The translations under genes and the position numbers were made by a program. From NCBI GenBank assembly GCA_031414955.1, contig JANOQV010000097.1, positions 1 through 39,499 on the forward strand: a DNA stretch of 39,499 nt, given 5' to 3'. The DNA is from Pedosphaera sp. (GTDB taxonomy: Bacteria; Verrucomicrobiota; Verrucomicrobiia; Limisphaerales; SIBH01). Positions 26,137 to 36,015 of the stretch are shown piece by piece (position 1 is the first letter of the stretch; the number at the start of each line of letters is the position of its first letter). Under the pieces are notes generated by a model. The model made no database searches and was not told the origin of the DNA. It worked only from the letters and a program-made list of their open reading frames with translations.

Positions 26137-27102
26137 TCATCGGTTGCCGTTGCCACCTTCGCGGCCGGGGGCGGGCTTGCTATACATTTCAAGAATCTCC
26201 TCCTCGGGCAGGGCGCGGTTGAACACGCGCAGGTCGTCGATGGCGCCGTCGAAGATTTCGCCGACGGGGCTTTCGGATTCATCGGCACCGATGAGGATGG
26301 AACGGCCCAGCGTGTAGGTGTTGGGGCTGGTGTGGTCGAGCTTGCCGCTGAACAGTTTCATCGCCTGCCCGCCGTTCAGGTAGAGCTTCTTCTTGCGGCC
26401 ATCGTAAGTGAAGACCATGTGATACCACTGGCCGGGCTTGATGGGCTGCGAGATCCAGGTGGAGGGCGAGTAGCCGCCGGCGCCGGTGAGGGTGCCTTCC
26501 AAATGGATGGGATCGTTGATGCGCAGGAGCCAGGAGGAATAAGGAAATTGCCACGGCGGGCCGTTGAGGGCGCGGCTACAAATGGTCATGGGGTTATTGG
26601 TGGTGCGGGCGTTGAACCAGACGGAGATGCTCATGGGTCCGGGGATGCGGAGCGCCGGGGCGTCGGCGACCCGCACGTAGCCGCCTGCGCCGTGGGCTTC
26701 GCCGGGGGTCTCGAGGGTGAAGATTTTTCCGTCGAGGAGGTTCCCGCTCGGGCTGTGCAGATGGAGCACGGGGGCCACGGAACCGGGGGCTGCGGGCGCG
26801 GGCAGTTCGGTGATTTCAGCGCGGTCCATGCGCTCAGCGCGCTCGACGCGAATCATTCGATCAGGAGATGGGCGGCGAACGATCGGCGGCGGAATCCCGG
26901 GAGGTTCGGCGACGAGCGGATCAAACTGTGGTTGCATCGGCACCGGCTGGGCCGGAACGGAGTGCGAGCGATAGGCGGAGAATCCCACCCACACCACGCC
27001 CAGAAACACGAGAACGACCATCAGTATGCCGATGGCGCCAATGGCAACACCCAGCAAAATGAGCGGGCCTTTCCTCGGCGGCGGCACGGGCGGGGTATTC
27101 AT
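26137..27102 (-). CDS. Membrane-anchored LamG/concanavalin-like domain protein
   Basis: N-terminal TM helix, Pro-rich linker, SISVWF, GQWYHMVFTYDG..KLYLNG, FDGAIDDLRVFNRALPEEEI. Confidence 0.88.
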   Translation of the reverse strand: MNTPPVPPPRKGPLILLGVAIGAIGILMVVLVFLGVVWVGFSAYRSHSVPAQPVPMQPQFDPLVAEPPGIPPPIVRRPSPDRMIRVERAERMDRAEITELPAPAAPGSVAPVLHLHSPSGNLLDGKIFTLETPGEAHGAGGYVRVADAPALRIPGPMSISVWFNARTTNNPMTICSRALNGPPWQFPYSSWLLRINDPIHLEGTLTGAGGYSPSTWISQPIKPGQWYHMVFTYDGRKKKLYLNGGQAMKLFSGKLDHTSPNTYTLGRSILIGADESESPVGEIFDGAIDDLRVFNRALPEEEILEMYSKPAPGREGGNGNR

Positions 27103-27173
27103 GACGGAAGGATGAGCGCGCAGAACGCGCCGTCAAGGCGGGAGCAGGAAGGATCGTGTCCCACTTTACCCAT

Positions 27174-27244
27174 GGAGCGCGGGTTTCAGCCCGCTTCACG
27201 CCCCGAATGTTTCGCAGCCTAATGCGGCCTGAAGGCCGCGCTCC
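27174..27244. repeat. REP-doublet-like inverted repeat
   Basis: GGAGCGCGGGTTTCAGCCCGC ... GCGGCCTGAAGGCCGCGCTCC. Confidence 0.8.
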
Positions 27245-27268
27245 GAAATCAGGACGCGGCGCGGTGCC

Positions 27269-27296
27269 CTCAACTCTCAACTTTCAACTCTCAACC
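27269..27296. repeat. 7-mer array CTCAACT x4 upstream of YihY
   Basis: CTCAACT CTCAACT TTCAACT CTCAACC. Confidence 0.8.
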
Positions 27297-27317
27297 GTTC
27301 CGCCTAACCTGCCGCGC

Positions 27318-28862
27318 ATGGCCGGAGATGAGATGCCGAAGTGGAAGAAGATTTACACCGGAGTGGTGGATTTCTTCGAGGAGAAGGGCATCGAGTTCGA
27401 CGACCGCTTCTTGAACTCCCGGCTGCATCGCTTCGGGCACTTCTGGCTGTTGGTGGGCAAGAACTTCATCCGCAACCGCTGCCATGTGCGCGCCTCGGCC
27501 CTGGCTTACACCACATTGCTGGCGCTGGTGCCGTTGCTGGCCGTGGGCGTGAGCATCACCTCCAGCATGATGCAGAAGCGCGGCCAGGCGGCGGCGGACG
27601 AACTCATCGGCAAACTGATCAACTACGTGGCACCGGCCCTCGACCTGGAGGAGCGCCCGGAGGAAACGCCCGTGGCCCTCAAGACCAACGCCCTGGCGGA
27701 GCCGAACCTGAATCTCGCCGCGACCAACCTCCTCGCCGCGACCACGAACAGCGCGACTCCCTCAGCCCACGCTCCGCCCACCCGAACCGGACGCAAACGC
27801 GTGGCGGAACAGATCACCGCCTTCATCGGGCGGATTAACAGCGGCACGCTCGGGGCCACGAGTTTGATCGCGCTGCTCTTCGTCGGCATCTCATTGCTGC
27901 GCACCATCGAGGCGGCCTTCAACGACATCTGGGGCGTGTCGCGCGCGCGCGGCTGGTTCAAGAGCATTGTCTATTACTGGGCCGCCATCACCCTCGGGCC
28001 GATGCTGCTCGTGCTCGCGATCACGCTGACCACGGGGCGGCACGTCGGCCAGATACGGGAGTGGCTCGAACATGTGCCCCTGCTCGGCGCGGTGCTGTTC
28101 CATGCCCTGCCCTTCGTCATCCTTAGCTTCGGCTTCGCGGGCTTCTATGCCGCCATGCCGAACACACGGGTGCAGTTTTCAGCCGCGCTGGCGGGCGGCA
28201 TCATCGGCGGCTGCCTGTGGCAGTTGAACAATCTCTGCAGCGTGCTCTACGTGTCCCGCGTAGCCGGCAGCTACACCAACATCTACGGCAGCCTTGGCGT
28301 CATCCCGCTGTTCCTGGTGGGGCTTTACTTCTCGTGGCTCATCATGCTCTTCGGCGCGCAGGTGGCGTACGCGTGGCAGAACCGCGCCGCCTACATCCTC
28401 GAGAAACAGGCCGGCAGCATCAGCCAGCGCGGGCGGGAATTCCTCGCGCTGCGCCTGATGACACATGTCGCGCAGAACTTCGCGCGCGGTGGGCGGCCCT
28501 TCTCCACGCTGCAACTTTCCGCACAACTCGCCATCCCCGGCCAGCTCGCGCAAAAGGTGCTGGGCGCGCTGACCGTGGGCGGATTGCTCGTCGAGGTTGT
28601 CGATGTCGAGGCGCGCTACAGTCCCGGACTGCCGTTGGATCGCATCACCGCCTACGACATCATCGCCGCGCTGCGCCCCGGCGGCGGGCAGGACCTGAGC
28701 ACGACCGAGGACGAGGCGCGCCAGATCGTGCGGACGGAATTCGACCGCATGATCGTGGCCGAGCGCGACGCCGGCGCGAGCGTGACGCTCCAGACGCTCA
28801 CGGAACTGGCGGCGAAGCAGATTGGGGATGGGACGCGCGCGGCGTTGTCCAAGCCAGCGTAG
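27318..28862 (+). CDS. YihY/virulence factor BrkB family membrane protein with C-terminal wHTH-like domain
   Basis: RASALAYTTLLALVPLL, IEAAFNDIWGV, MPNTRV, IYGSLGVIPLFLVGLYFSWLIMLFGAQ. Confidence 0.9.
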   Translation: MAGDEMPKWKKIYTGVVDFFEEKGIEFDDRFLNSRLHRFGHFWLLVGKNFIRNRCHVRASALAYTTLLALVPLLAVGVSITSSMMQKRGQAAADELIGKLINYVAPALDLEERPEETPVALKTNALAEPNLNLAATNLLAATTNSATPSAHAPPTRTGRKRVAEQITAFIGRINSGTLGATSLIALLFVGISLLRTIEAAFNDIWGVSRARGWFKSIVYYWAAITLGPMLLVLAITLTTGRHVGQIREWLEHVPLLGAVLFHALPFVILSFGFAGFYAAMPNTRVQFSAALAGGIIGGCLWQLNNLCSVLYVSRVAGSYTNIYGSLGVIPLFLVGLYFSWLIMLFGAQVAYAWQNRAAYILEKQAGSISQRGREFLALRLMTHVAQNFARGGRPFSTLQLSAQLAIPGQLAQKVLGALTVGGLLVEVVDVEARYSPGLPLDRITAYDIIAALRPGGGQDLSTTEDEARQIVRTEFDRMIVAERDAGASVTLQTLTELAAKQIGDGTRAALSKPA

Positions 28863-28969
28863 CGTGCCGCCAAGACATGGCCTTGGAAATCAGCGGCGCG
28901 ACGTCACGATCCTGTGTTTACGAGGCAGCCCAAAGCCGTTATCACGATCCAGAAGAACCGGGAAACACT

Positions 28970-30679
28970 ATGCCATTCACTCGAAGCAATGTTCCGACCT
29001 ACGCGTCGTTCTCAGACTTGGTTGGGAACGGCCGACGATTCCGCGTGCCGCCTTTCCAACGTGACTACAAGTGGACAGAAGAGAACTGGGATGAGCTGTG
29101 GGGCGACATTCTAGAAATCGACAAGCGAACTGAAGACGAGCATTTCCTCGGAGCTATCGTGCTGCGCCAGAGCACCGACGAAGCTTCGGAAATTATTGAT
29201 GGGCAACAGCGCATCGCCACGCTCAGCCTGCTGGCCCTGGCGGCGGTCAGCCTGCTGGAGGAAACTGATGCTTCAGATTCCAGCAACAGAGAGCGCGCAC
29301 AGGACATCCGGAACGCATACCTGAGCACCAAGGATCCTTTGTCGCTTCATCATCGGAGCAAACTGACCTTGAATCGTGCGGATGATGATTTCTACCAGCA
29401 CACGCTCATCCAACTGCGGAAGCCTCACGCTCCCAGCCGGCTTCCCGAATCCAACGCCCAACTTTGGAGGGCTTTTGAGTTCTTCAAAACCAAGCTGAAG
29501 GAGAAGTTTCCCGCCGCAGCGGACGGCGGTCCACTGGCTTTGTTCGTGCAGAAAGTGGTCGGCTCGCGGCTCTTCTTTCTGCGCATTCCGGTCGAGGATG
29601 ATTTGGCCGCCTACACCGTCTTCGAAACATTCAACGCGCGCGGCGTCGAACTCACCGCCAGCGATTTGCTGAAGAACTACCTGATGATGCTCGTGGCCCC
29701 GCTCGGCCAGGCGGATCTGAATCAGGTTCTGAGCCAGTGGGAACGCATTGTGAAAGCGGTGACGCCACGCAACCTGCCCGAGTTCCTGAGACATTATCTC
29801 AATTCGACCCGCAAGCCGTATGTTCGCCAGGATCGCCTCTTCCGGACCATGCGTGAGTCCATAAAATTGCCGGAACAGGTCTTTGCCCTTTTGGATGCCC
29901 TGGAAGCCTCGTCCGTCTGGTATCAGGCGCTGAACGATGAAACGGACGTGCTTTGGGTGACCTCGGAGACGGCTCAACATGCGGTGAGCGCGCTCCGATT
30001 GTTTGGCGTGAAACAGTACCGGCCCCTGATTCTCGCGGCGGCGCGAAAACTGACCGATGGCAAGACTGTAAGCCAGGAACTGGCTCAAATGTTGCGCTAC
30101 TGTGCGACCATCTCGTTTCGCTACAACATCATCGCGGACAAGAACCCGAACGATTTGGAGAAAATCTACAACGAGGTCGCTTCCGACATTCATGAGGGAA
30201 GGTTGAAACGAGTCGCGGAGATTCACGAAGCATTGCGCCGGGTCGCAGTCTCGGATGACGAGTTCCGCGAAGCCTTTGGCCGCAAAAACATTCCGGCCTC
30301 CGGCAAGGGCAAACGGCTGGTCCGTTACCTCCTTTGCGAATTAGAGCGTCAGTTGGGGAATTCCAGCATCTCGGATGACGCCCGCGGGATCACGGTGGAA
30401 CACATCCTCCCAGAAAACCTTACCGCTGAATGGGAATCCTCCTTCTCCCCGGAAAAGCACGAACGCTACGTCAGCCGCGTGGGCAACTACACCCTGTTGA
30501 CGCCTTCGCAAAACCGGAATGTCGGACAGTTGGGCGTCTCTCAGAAATGTGCCACCTACCGGAACTGCGGATTCAAGATGTCGGAACGATTGGGGGAATT
30601 GACGGAATGGGAACCCAAAAGCATCGAGGTCCGGCAGCGAGAAATGGCGGGGTGGGCAGCCAGTGTCTGGGCGTTCTGA
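28970..30679 (+). CDS. gmrSD: Fused GmrSD-type (DUF262 + DUF1524/HNH) modification-dependent restriction enzyme
   Basis: VPPFQRDYKW, IIDGQQR, FETFNARG, DLLKN; C-terminal VEHILP...RVGNYTLL..N. Visibly more AT-rich than its neighbours. ATG 28970. Confidence 0.9.
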   Translation: MPFTRSNVPTYASFSDLVGNGRRFRVPPFQRDYKWTEENWDELWGDILEIDKRTEDEHFLGAIVLRQSTDEASEIIDGQQRIATLSLLALAAVSLLEETDASDSSNRERAQDIRNAYLSTKDPLSLHHRSKLTLNRADDDFYQHTLIQLRKPHAPSRLPESNAQLWRAFEFFKTKLKEKFPAAADGGPLALFVQKVVGSRLFFLRIPVEDDLAAYTVFETFNARGVELTASDLLKNYLMMLVAPLGQADLNQVLSQWERIVKAVTPRNLPEFLRHYLNSTRKPYVRQDRLFRTMRESIKLPEQVFALLDALEASSVWYQALNDETDVLWVTSETAQHAVSALRLFGVKQYRPLILAAARKLTDGKTVSQELAQMLRYCATISFRYNIIADKNPNDLEKIYNEVASDIHEGRLKRVAEIHEALRRVAVSDDEFREAFGRKNIPASGKGKRLVRYLLCELERQLGNSSISDDARGITVEHILPENLTAEWESSFSPEKHERYVSRVGNYTLLTPSQNRNVGQLGVSQKCATYRNCGFKMSERLGELTEWEPKSIEVRQREMAGWAASVWAF

Positions 30680-30719
30680 GAGCGAGGGGAGGGCTTGATT
30701 TTAGAGTTTACTGAAGACC

Positions 30720-31814
30720 ATGACCATCGGAGTCCCAAAGGAAATCAAACAGCAGGAGTTTCGGGTGGCGATGCCACCCTCCGGCGCTTACCAACTCGTG
30801 CGCGGCGGACACCGCGTGCTGGTCGAGCACAATGCCGGCGCGGGCGCGGGCTTTCCCGACGCGGATTACCTCCAGGCCGGCGCGGAAGTCGTGGACTCGC
30901 ACGAGCGCGTCTTCGCCGAGGCCGAGTTGATCGTGAAGGTCAAGGAGCCGCAGCCCAGCGAGTTTCCGTTACTGCGGCGCGGCCAGCTTCTCTTCACCTA
31001 CCTCCACCTCGCCGCGAGCCGTGAACTGACCGAGGCGCTGATGAAGTCCGGCGTGACCGCGCTGGCCTACGAAACCATCGAGGTGAACCGCCGGTTGCCG
31101 CTGCTCGAACCGATGAGCGAGATCGCGGGCCGCATGTCGGTGCTGGTGGGCGGATATTTTCTGGCCAAGCACTGTGGCGGCAATGGCACACTGCTCGGCG
31201 GTGTGCCGGGCGTTTTGCCGGGCCGGGTCGTGGTCATCGGCGGCGGCGCAGCCGGTGTGAACGCGGCGCGCATGGCGCAGGGCCTCGGTGCGGACGTGAC
31301 GATTCTCGAAGTCGATCTGGACCGGATGCGCTTCCTCGACATCACGCTTCACACCGCCCACACGCTTTACTCGAACGAGGCGCACCTGATGGATTTGTTG
31401 CCCAACGTGGACCTGCTCATCGGCGCCGTGCTCGTGCCCGGCGCGAAGGCGCCCAAGCTCATCCGCCGCGAGATGCTCCGCCGGATGCGCCCCGGCAGCG
31501 TCCTGGTGGACATCGCCATCGACCAGGGTGGTTGCGCCGAGACCTCGCGCCCCACGACGCATCACGATCCAGTCTTCGTGGAAGAAGGCGTGATTCATTA
31601 TTGCGTGGCCAACATGCCCGCCGCCTACGCGCGCACCGCCACCCAGGCGCTGACCAACGCCACCCAGCGCTACATCGAGCTGCTGGCCGACCACGGGCTC
31701 GACGAAGCCTGCCAGCGCCAACCCGCCCTGCGCGGCGGCATCAACGTGCGCGACGGCAAGCTCACCATCAAAGCCGTAGCTGACGCGCACGGCATGGCTT
31801 TCACTCCGGCTTGA
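30720..31814 (+). CDS. ald: Alanine dehydrogenase
   Basis: [57 protein letters not shown]. Confidence 0.96.
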   Translation: MTIGVPKEIKQQEFRVAMPPSGAYQLVRGGHRVLVEHNAGAGAGFPDADYLQAGAEVVDSHERVFAEAELIVKVKEPQPSEFPLLRRGQLLFTYLHLAASRELTEALMKSGVTALAYETIEVNRRLPLLEPMSEIAGRMSVLVGGYFLAKHCGGNGTLLGGVPGVLPGRVVVIGGGAAGVNAARMAQGLGADVTILEVDLDRMRFLDITLHTAHTLYSNEAHLMDLLPNVDLLIGAVLVPGAKAPKLIRREMLRRMRPGSVLVDIAIDQGGCAETSRPTTHHDPVFVEEGVIHYCVANMPAAYARTATQALTNATQRYIELLADHGLDEACQRQPALRGGINVRDGKLTIKAVADAHGMAFTPA

Positions 31815-32902
31815 TGAGCGCTGGCGTACGATGGTTGGTAATGGTCGTCGTGACGCTGGCCTCGCCGGTCCGGGGCGACCTGCTCCTGTCGAGTTTCAAC
31901 AACGGACTGGTGTTTCGCTACAACGAGAACACCGGCCAATACCTCGACACCTTCATTCCCAACACCAACGGGCTGTTGAACCTGCCGCACGGACTGGCCT
32001 TCGGGCCGGACGGAAATCTCTACGTGGCGAGCGCAGGCAATGATTCGGTGTTGCGCTATCACGGCACGAACGGGGCGTTCCTGAGCGTGTTTGTCGCGCC
32101 GGGATCGGGTGGGCTGGACTATCCGGTGTGGCTCGAGTTCCGCGGCGGCTCGCTCTACGTGAGTAGCCAGTTGGGCGACGAGGTGTTGCGCTACAACGCG
32201 ACCAACGGTGCCTTCCTCAACACGCTTGTCTCCTCGAACAGCAACGGAGGACTGGATGGCCCCTCGGGCATGACGTGGGGACCGGACGGGCATCTCTACG
32301 TCGTGGGGCGGTTCGGCAATCACGTCCTGCGCTACGACGGAACGAATGGCGCATTCCTCGATGCGTTCGTGCCGGCGGGCGGCGGCGGATTGTCGCAACC
32401 GTTCGGCTGTCACTTCGGCGCGGATGGAGATCTCTACGTGGTCAGCGGCAACAACGCCAAGGTGGCGCGCTTCGCCGGAACAAACGGAACTTACCTTGGT
32501 GACTTCGTGGTCAGCGCGGGCAGCGGGCTGGCGCTGCCCATCGGGCTGGAGTTCGGTCCAGGCGGCGATCTGTTCGTCGCGAGTTACAGCAACAGCCGCG
32601 TGGTGCGCTTCAACGGCGCGACCGGCGCGCGCATTGGAGATTTTGTCACGGTGGGCGCGACCAGCTTGAGCGGGCCGAACTTCATGCTCTTCCATGATTT
32701 TGGCCCTCCACGCCTCAGTTCAATTCAACGGGCTGGAACCAATGTCATCGTGTCCTGGAGCGCGAGGAGCGACACGCAGTTGCAGTCCAGGACCAACCTC
32801 AACGGCACGAACTGGCTGAACGTGGCCGGGACGGTGGGACGAAGTTCGGTCACAAACAGCACCACTGCCGACGCGGCTTATTACCGGCTGAGGCGGGACT
32901 GA
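31814..32902 (+). CDS. Secreted NHL/Vgb-like beta-propeller with C-terminal YYR domain
   Basis: Signal peptide; about six repeats of 'GL..P.GL.FGPDG.LYV.S.....VLRY.GTNGAFL..FV'; tail LQSRTNL..W..AAYYRLRRD. Confidence 0.88.
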   Translation: MSAGVRWLVMVVVTLASPVRGDLLLSSFNNGLVFRYNENTGQYLDTFIPNTNGLLNLPHGLAFGPDGNLYVASAGNDSVLRYHGTNGAFLSVFVAPGSGGLDYPVWLEFRGGSLYVSSQLGDEVLRYNATNGAFLNTLVSSNSNGGLDGPSGMTWGPDGHLYVVGRFGNHVLRYDGTNGAFLDAFVPAGGGGLSQPFGCHFGADGDLYVVSGNNAKVARFAGTNGTYLGDFVVSAGSGLALPIGLEFGPGGDLFVASYSNSRVVRFNGATGARIGDFVTVGATSLSGPNFMLFHDFGPPRLSSIQRAGTNVIVSWSARSDTQLQSRTNLNGTNWLNVAGTVGRSSVTNSTTADAAYYRLRRD

Positions 32903-32978
32903 TTCCAGAACCGCGGTTCACCCCGAAGTCCGAGCCAGGCGCAATCGTGTCATCCGCCCTCGGACCGCACGGCTCGGT

Positions 32979-33857
32979 TCATCCCGCCCGCAAAAAATAC
33001 CCGCGCTGCTTCTCGCTGATGGGCAGTTCCATCTTCTCCATCACCGCCATCAAGTCCTCCCACACCTTGCGCTTCTCGGTGTTGGACTGGTTGTGCAGCA
33101 GGTAGGCCGGATGATACGTGGGCATGAGCGGGATGCCACGATAGGTGTGCCACTGGCCACGCAATTTAGTGATGCCGCTCAGGCCCAGCAATCCCTCCAT
33201 GGCCGTGCCGCCGAGCGCCACGAGCAGCTTCGGCCTGATGAGATCAATCTGCTCGTGCAGGTAGGGAATGCAGGTCAACATTTCCTCGGGCAAAGGCTTG
33301 CGATTGCCGCTGCTGCCGGCGGGCATGTCCGGCCGGCACTTGAGAATGTTCCCGATGTAAACGCGCTCGCGGCTCAGGCCCATCGCTTGAATCATCTTGG
33401 TCAGAAGCCCGCCCGCCGCGCCGACGAACGGTTCGCCTAGCGCATCTTCATCCGCTCCCGGCGCTTCACCCACAAACATCAACTCGGCGTCGATGTTGCC
33501 GACGCCGAAGACGACCTGCGTGCGGGCCGCAGCGAGGTTGGGGCATTTCACGCACTGCATGGCGCGGGCACGAAGCTCGGCCATGGCGGCGGCTTTCGCC
33601 GGGTTGAGGGTTGAGGGTTGAGGGTTGAGCGCGGGAGGCGCGGGGGGCGGCGGTGCAACTTCGGGAGCAGGAGTTGGGGTCGCTGTTGTTCGCGCGGGGA
33701 CGGAGGTTGGTGCCCCAGCAGGGCGGCTCGCCGGAGCGGCAACGCTCAGGGCGCGGAAAGTTTCCGCCTCCACGGGCACGAATTGCCCGCCGCGCGCCTG
33801 GACTGATTGCAGGTGCTGAATCGTGGCCTCAAGCAGTTGATTAAATTCGCCGGACAT
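32979..33857 (-). CDS. Family-4 uracil-DNA glycosylase
   Basis: [36 protein letters not shown]; Fe-S cysteines present. Confidence 0.93.
   Translation of the reverse strand: MSGEFNQLLEATIQHLQSVQARGGQFVPVEAETFRALSVAAPASRPAGAPTSVPARTTATPTPAPEVAPPPPAPPALNPQPSTLNPAKAAAMAELRARAMQCVKCPNLAAARTQVVFGVGNIDAELMFVGEAPGADEDALGEPFVGAAGGLLTKMIQAMGLSRERVYIGNILKCRPDMPAGSSGNRKPLPEEMLTCIPYLHEQIDLIRPKLLVALGGTAMEGLLGLSGITKLRGQWHTYRGIPLMPTYHPAYLLHNQSNTEKRKVWEDLMAVMEKMELPISEKQRGYFLRAG
33601..33628. repeat. Perfect (GGGTTGA)x4 array inside the UDG linker
   Basis: Encodes [10 protein letters not shown] on the - strand. Confidence 0.9.
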
Positions 33858-33920
33858 GCGCGGGGAGAATAACGAGCGAGCGGCAGCGGACACAGCAAAA
33901 CTTGCTGACACTCATTCACC

Positions 33921-34029
33921 GGCGCGCGGACTTTCCAGTCCGCAGCAACGAGCGATGAGCCGGACGCTTCCACCCGCTCCGGGACGTCCCGTTGTTCCAC
34001 ATCGCTGCGGGCTGGAAAGCCCGCGCCCC
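33921..34029. repeat. REP-doublet-like inverted repeat
   Basis: GCGCGGACTTTCCAGTCCGCAGC ... GCTGCGGGCTGGAAAGCCCGCGC. Confidence 0.82.
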
Positions 34030-34031
34030 GT

Positions 34032-35249
34032 TCAGAGCATGTGGCAGAACATCGCGTCACGCAGCTTCGGCTCGAACCACGTGCTCTTGGGCGGCATGAT
34101 GCCGCCGGCGTCAGCGATGCTCATCAAGTCCTCGATGCTCGTCGGGAACATGCTGAACGCGCAGGCGTACTCCCCGCTCTGCACCAGCTTCTCCAGCTCC
34201 GCCGTGCCGCGGATGCCGCCCACGAAATTAATCCGCTTGCTCGTGCGCGGGTCGTCGATGCCGAAGAGCGGCGCGAGCACGTACTTTTGCAGCAAGGTCA
34301 CGTCGAGCTTCTCGATCGGGTCTTTCGTGCGCGCGAAATGTTCGCGGAAGGTCAGCGTGTGCCACGCGCCTTCGAGATAAAGGCCGAGAAAATGTTTCGC
34401 CTTGGGCTTGGCCTCGCCGGTGCTCTTCTGGATGACGAACACCGCGTCCAGTTTCTCCAGCAAGTGCGCCGGAGTCATCCCGTTCAAATCCTTCAGCACC
34501 CGGTTGTAGGGCAGAATCTGCATCTGGTTGTGCGGGAAAATCACCGCGAGGAACCACCCCGCGTTCGGATTGCTCAACTGCGCTTGATGCACCCGCGCCG
34601 CCGCCGCGCTGCGATGATGCCCATCCGCAATGTAAAGCGCCGGCAGCTTCGCGAACTCCCGCTCGATGATCTCCACCCCGCCCTCATCCGCGACCAGCCA
34701 CGACGAGTGCCGCACGCCGTCCGTCGCCGTAAAATCCACCGCCGGTTGTTCCAGGATGCGCTCGTTGACAAACGAATCCAGCGCCACGCTCGCTCGATAA
34801 GTCAGGAACACCGGGCCGGTCTGCGATGCGAGCGCCTCGATGTGCCGCACGCGGTCGTCCTCCTTGTCCGGGCGCGTCAGCTCGTGCTTCTTCACGATGC
34901 CCTTCAAGTATTCCTCGCAGCTCGCCACGGCCACGATGCCGACCTGCGCATGTGCGCCCATCGTCTGGCGGTAGAGATAATAACCCGCCTTGCGATCCAT
35001 GCGCAGCGCGTCTTGGGCGATGAGCTTCTGGAAATTCTCCAGGCCCTTGGCATAGACCGGCGCCGAGTAGAGGTCGGTGCCCGGCGGCAGGTCGATCTCG
35101 GGCTTGCTCACGTGCAGGAAGCTGAGCGGATTGCCCGCCGCCATCTGGCGCGCCTCCTCGGAGGACATCACGTCATAAGGCAGCTCGCAAATTTGCGCGG
35201 CCAGTTGCGGCTGCGGTCGCAACGCGGGAAAAGGTCGAATCGATGCCAT
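34032..35249 (-). CDS. DUF1015 family protein
   Basis: IRPFPALRP, PYDV, KKHELTRPDKEDDR, YIADGHHRSA, MPPKSTWFEPKLR. Confidence 0.92.
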   Translation of the reverse strand: MASIRPFPALRPQPQLAAQICELPYDVMSSEEARQMAAGNPLSFLHVSKPEIDLPPGTDLYSAPVYAKGLENFQKLIAQDALRMDRKAGYYLYRQTMGAHAQVGIVAVASCEEYLKGIVKKHELTRPDKEDDRVRHIEALASQTGPVFLTYRASVALDSFVNERILEQPAVDFTATDGVRHSSWLVADEGGVEIIEREFAKLPALYIADGHHRSAAAARVHQAQLSNPNAGWFLAVIFPHNQMQILPYNRVLKDLNGMTPAHLLEKLDAVFVIQKSTGEAKPKAKHFLGLYLEGAWHTLTFREHFARTKDPIEKLDVTLLQKYVLAPLFGIDDPRTSKRINFVGGIRGTAELEKLVQSGEYACAFSMFPTSIEDLMSIADAGGIMPPKSTWFEPKLRDAMFCHML

Positions 35250-35316
35250 AATTCAAAGGGGCGAAAAGTAACGAAGGCGACGGTGGAGGGACAAGAAGTT
35301 CTGTGTGTGGCTAAGG

Positions 35317-35874
35317 CTAAGACGGCGTGGCAGGTGGAACATAACCGGGCGGCTCCGGCTTATGCCATCGGTCGTGACACTTTCGGCAAAGAGCCACCAA
35401 CTGGAACAAGAACTCCTCCCCCGCGTCAGCATAAGTAAGATGATGAACATCAATGGCCTGTGCCAATCGGCAACCTTCGCAAATACCCTGAGCACGCAGC
35501 ATCACCAGATTCCGCCTCTGCTTCCATTCTGGAGATTCCAAGTAGTTGTCGTATCGCCACCGCCAATTATCTAGCAACCGCTTCTTCTCGCGATTGAGCG
35601 TTTCAGTGTGGAAGCGATTACGCTCGGCGCAGCGTCGAATACCAATCTGATCGTCCCAAATCGGGAGTGCATCTATTTCCAACTGCTTCATGGTGGCCTT
35701 GCGAATCCCGTGACCAACCTTATCCCCACACCGGTTGCACTGCTCTCGAATCTCTATCTGCTGATCCGATTTTAACTTCTTGCAGCGCGTCGTCTCCTCG
35801 TGAGAGCAGACGAATGCTGCATCCACCTTTTTATTGATGGTGGCGTAGTCTGGTTCTGTGTGTTCGATACGCAT
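35317..35874 (-). CDS. HNH endonuclease with N-terminal Cys-containing (possible Zn) region
   Basis: YLESPEWKQRR, CEGC, DVHHLTY, LVALCRKCH; N-terminal CSHE..QCNRCG; AT-richer DNA. Confidence 0.85.
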   Translation of the reverse strand: MRIEHTEPDYATINKKVDAAFVCSHEETTRCKKLKSDQQIEIREQCNRCGDKVGHGIRKATMKQLEIDALPIWDDQIGIRRCAERNRFHTETLNREKKRLLDNWRWRYDNYLESPEWKQRRNLVMLRAQGICEGCRLAQAIDVHHLTYADAGEEFLFQLVALCRKCHDRWHKPEPPGYVPPATPS

Positions 35875-36015
35875 GGGATTCGTCGTTTACAGTGTTTCTC
35901 TTCGCCGCCTCTCACCGTCCCGCCTGTTCAGGGCTCGGCTGATGATCCGCCCGGTTCATGCGGGCGAGCAGAGCAGCGGCCCTCGTTCTTGGCAACGGCA
36001 AAGGCGGCGTGCCTC

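Noticed and set aside
28217..28969. 251-aa N-terminal extension of GmrSD
   Set aside because: Overlaps YihY in another frame and is low-complexity; DUF262 begins after ATG 28970.
35908..36010. Short - strand peptide ...AAALLARM... resembling a type I HsdS tail
   Set aside because: Too short and weak to support a pseudogene call.
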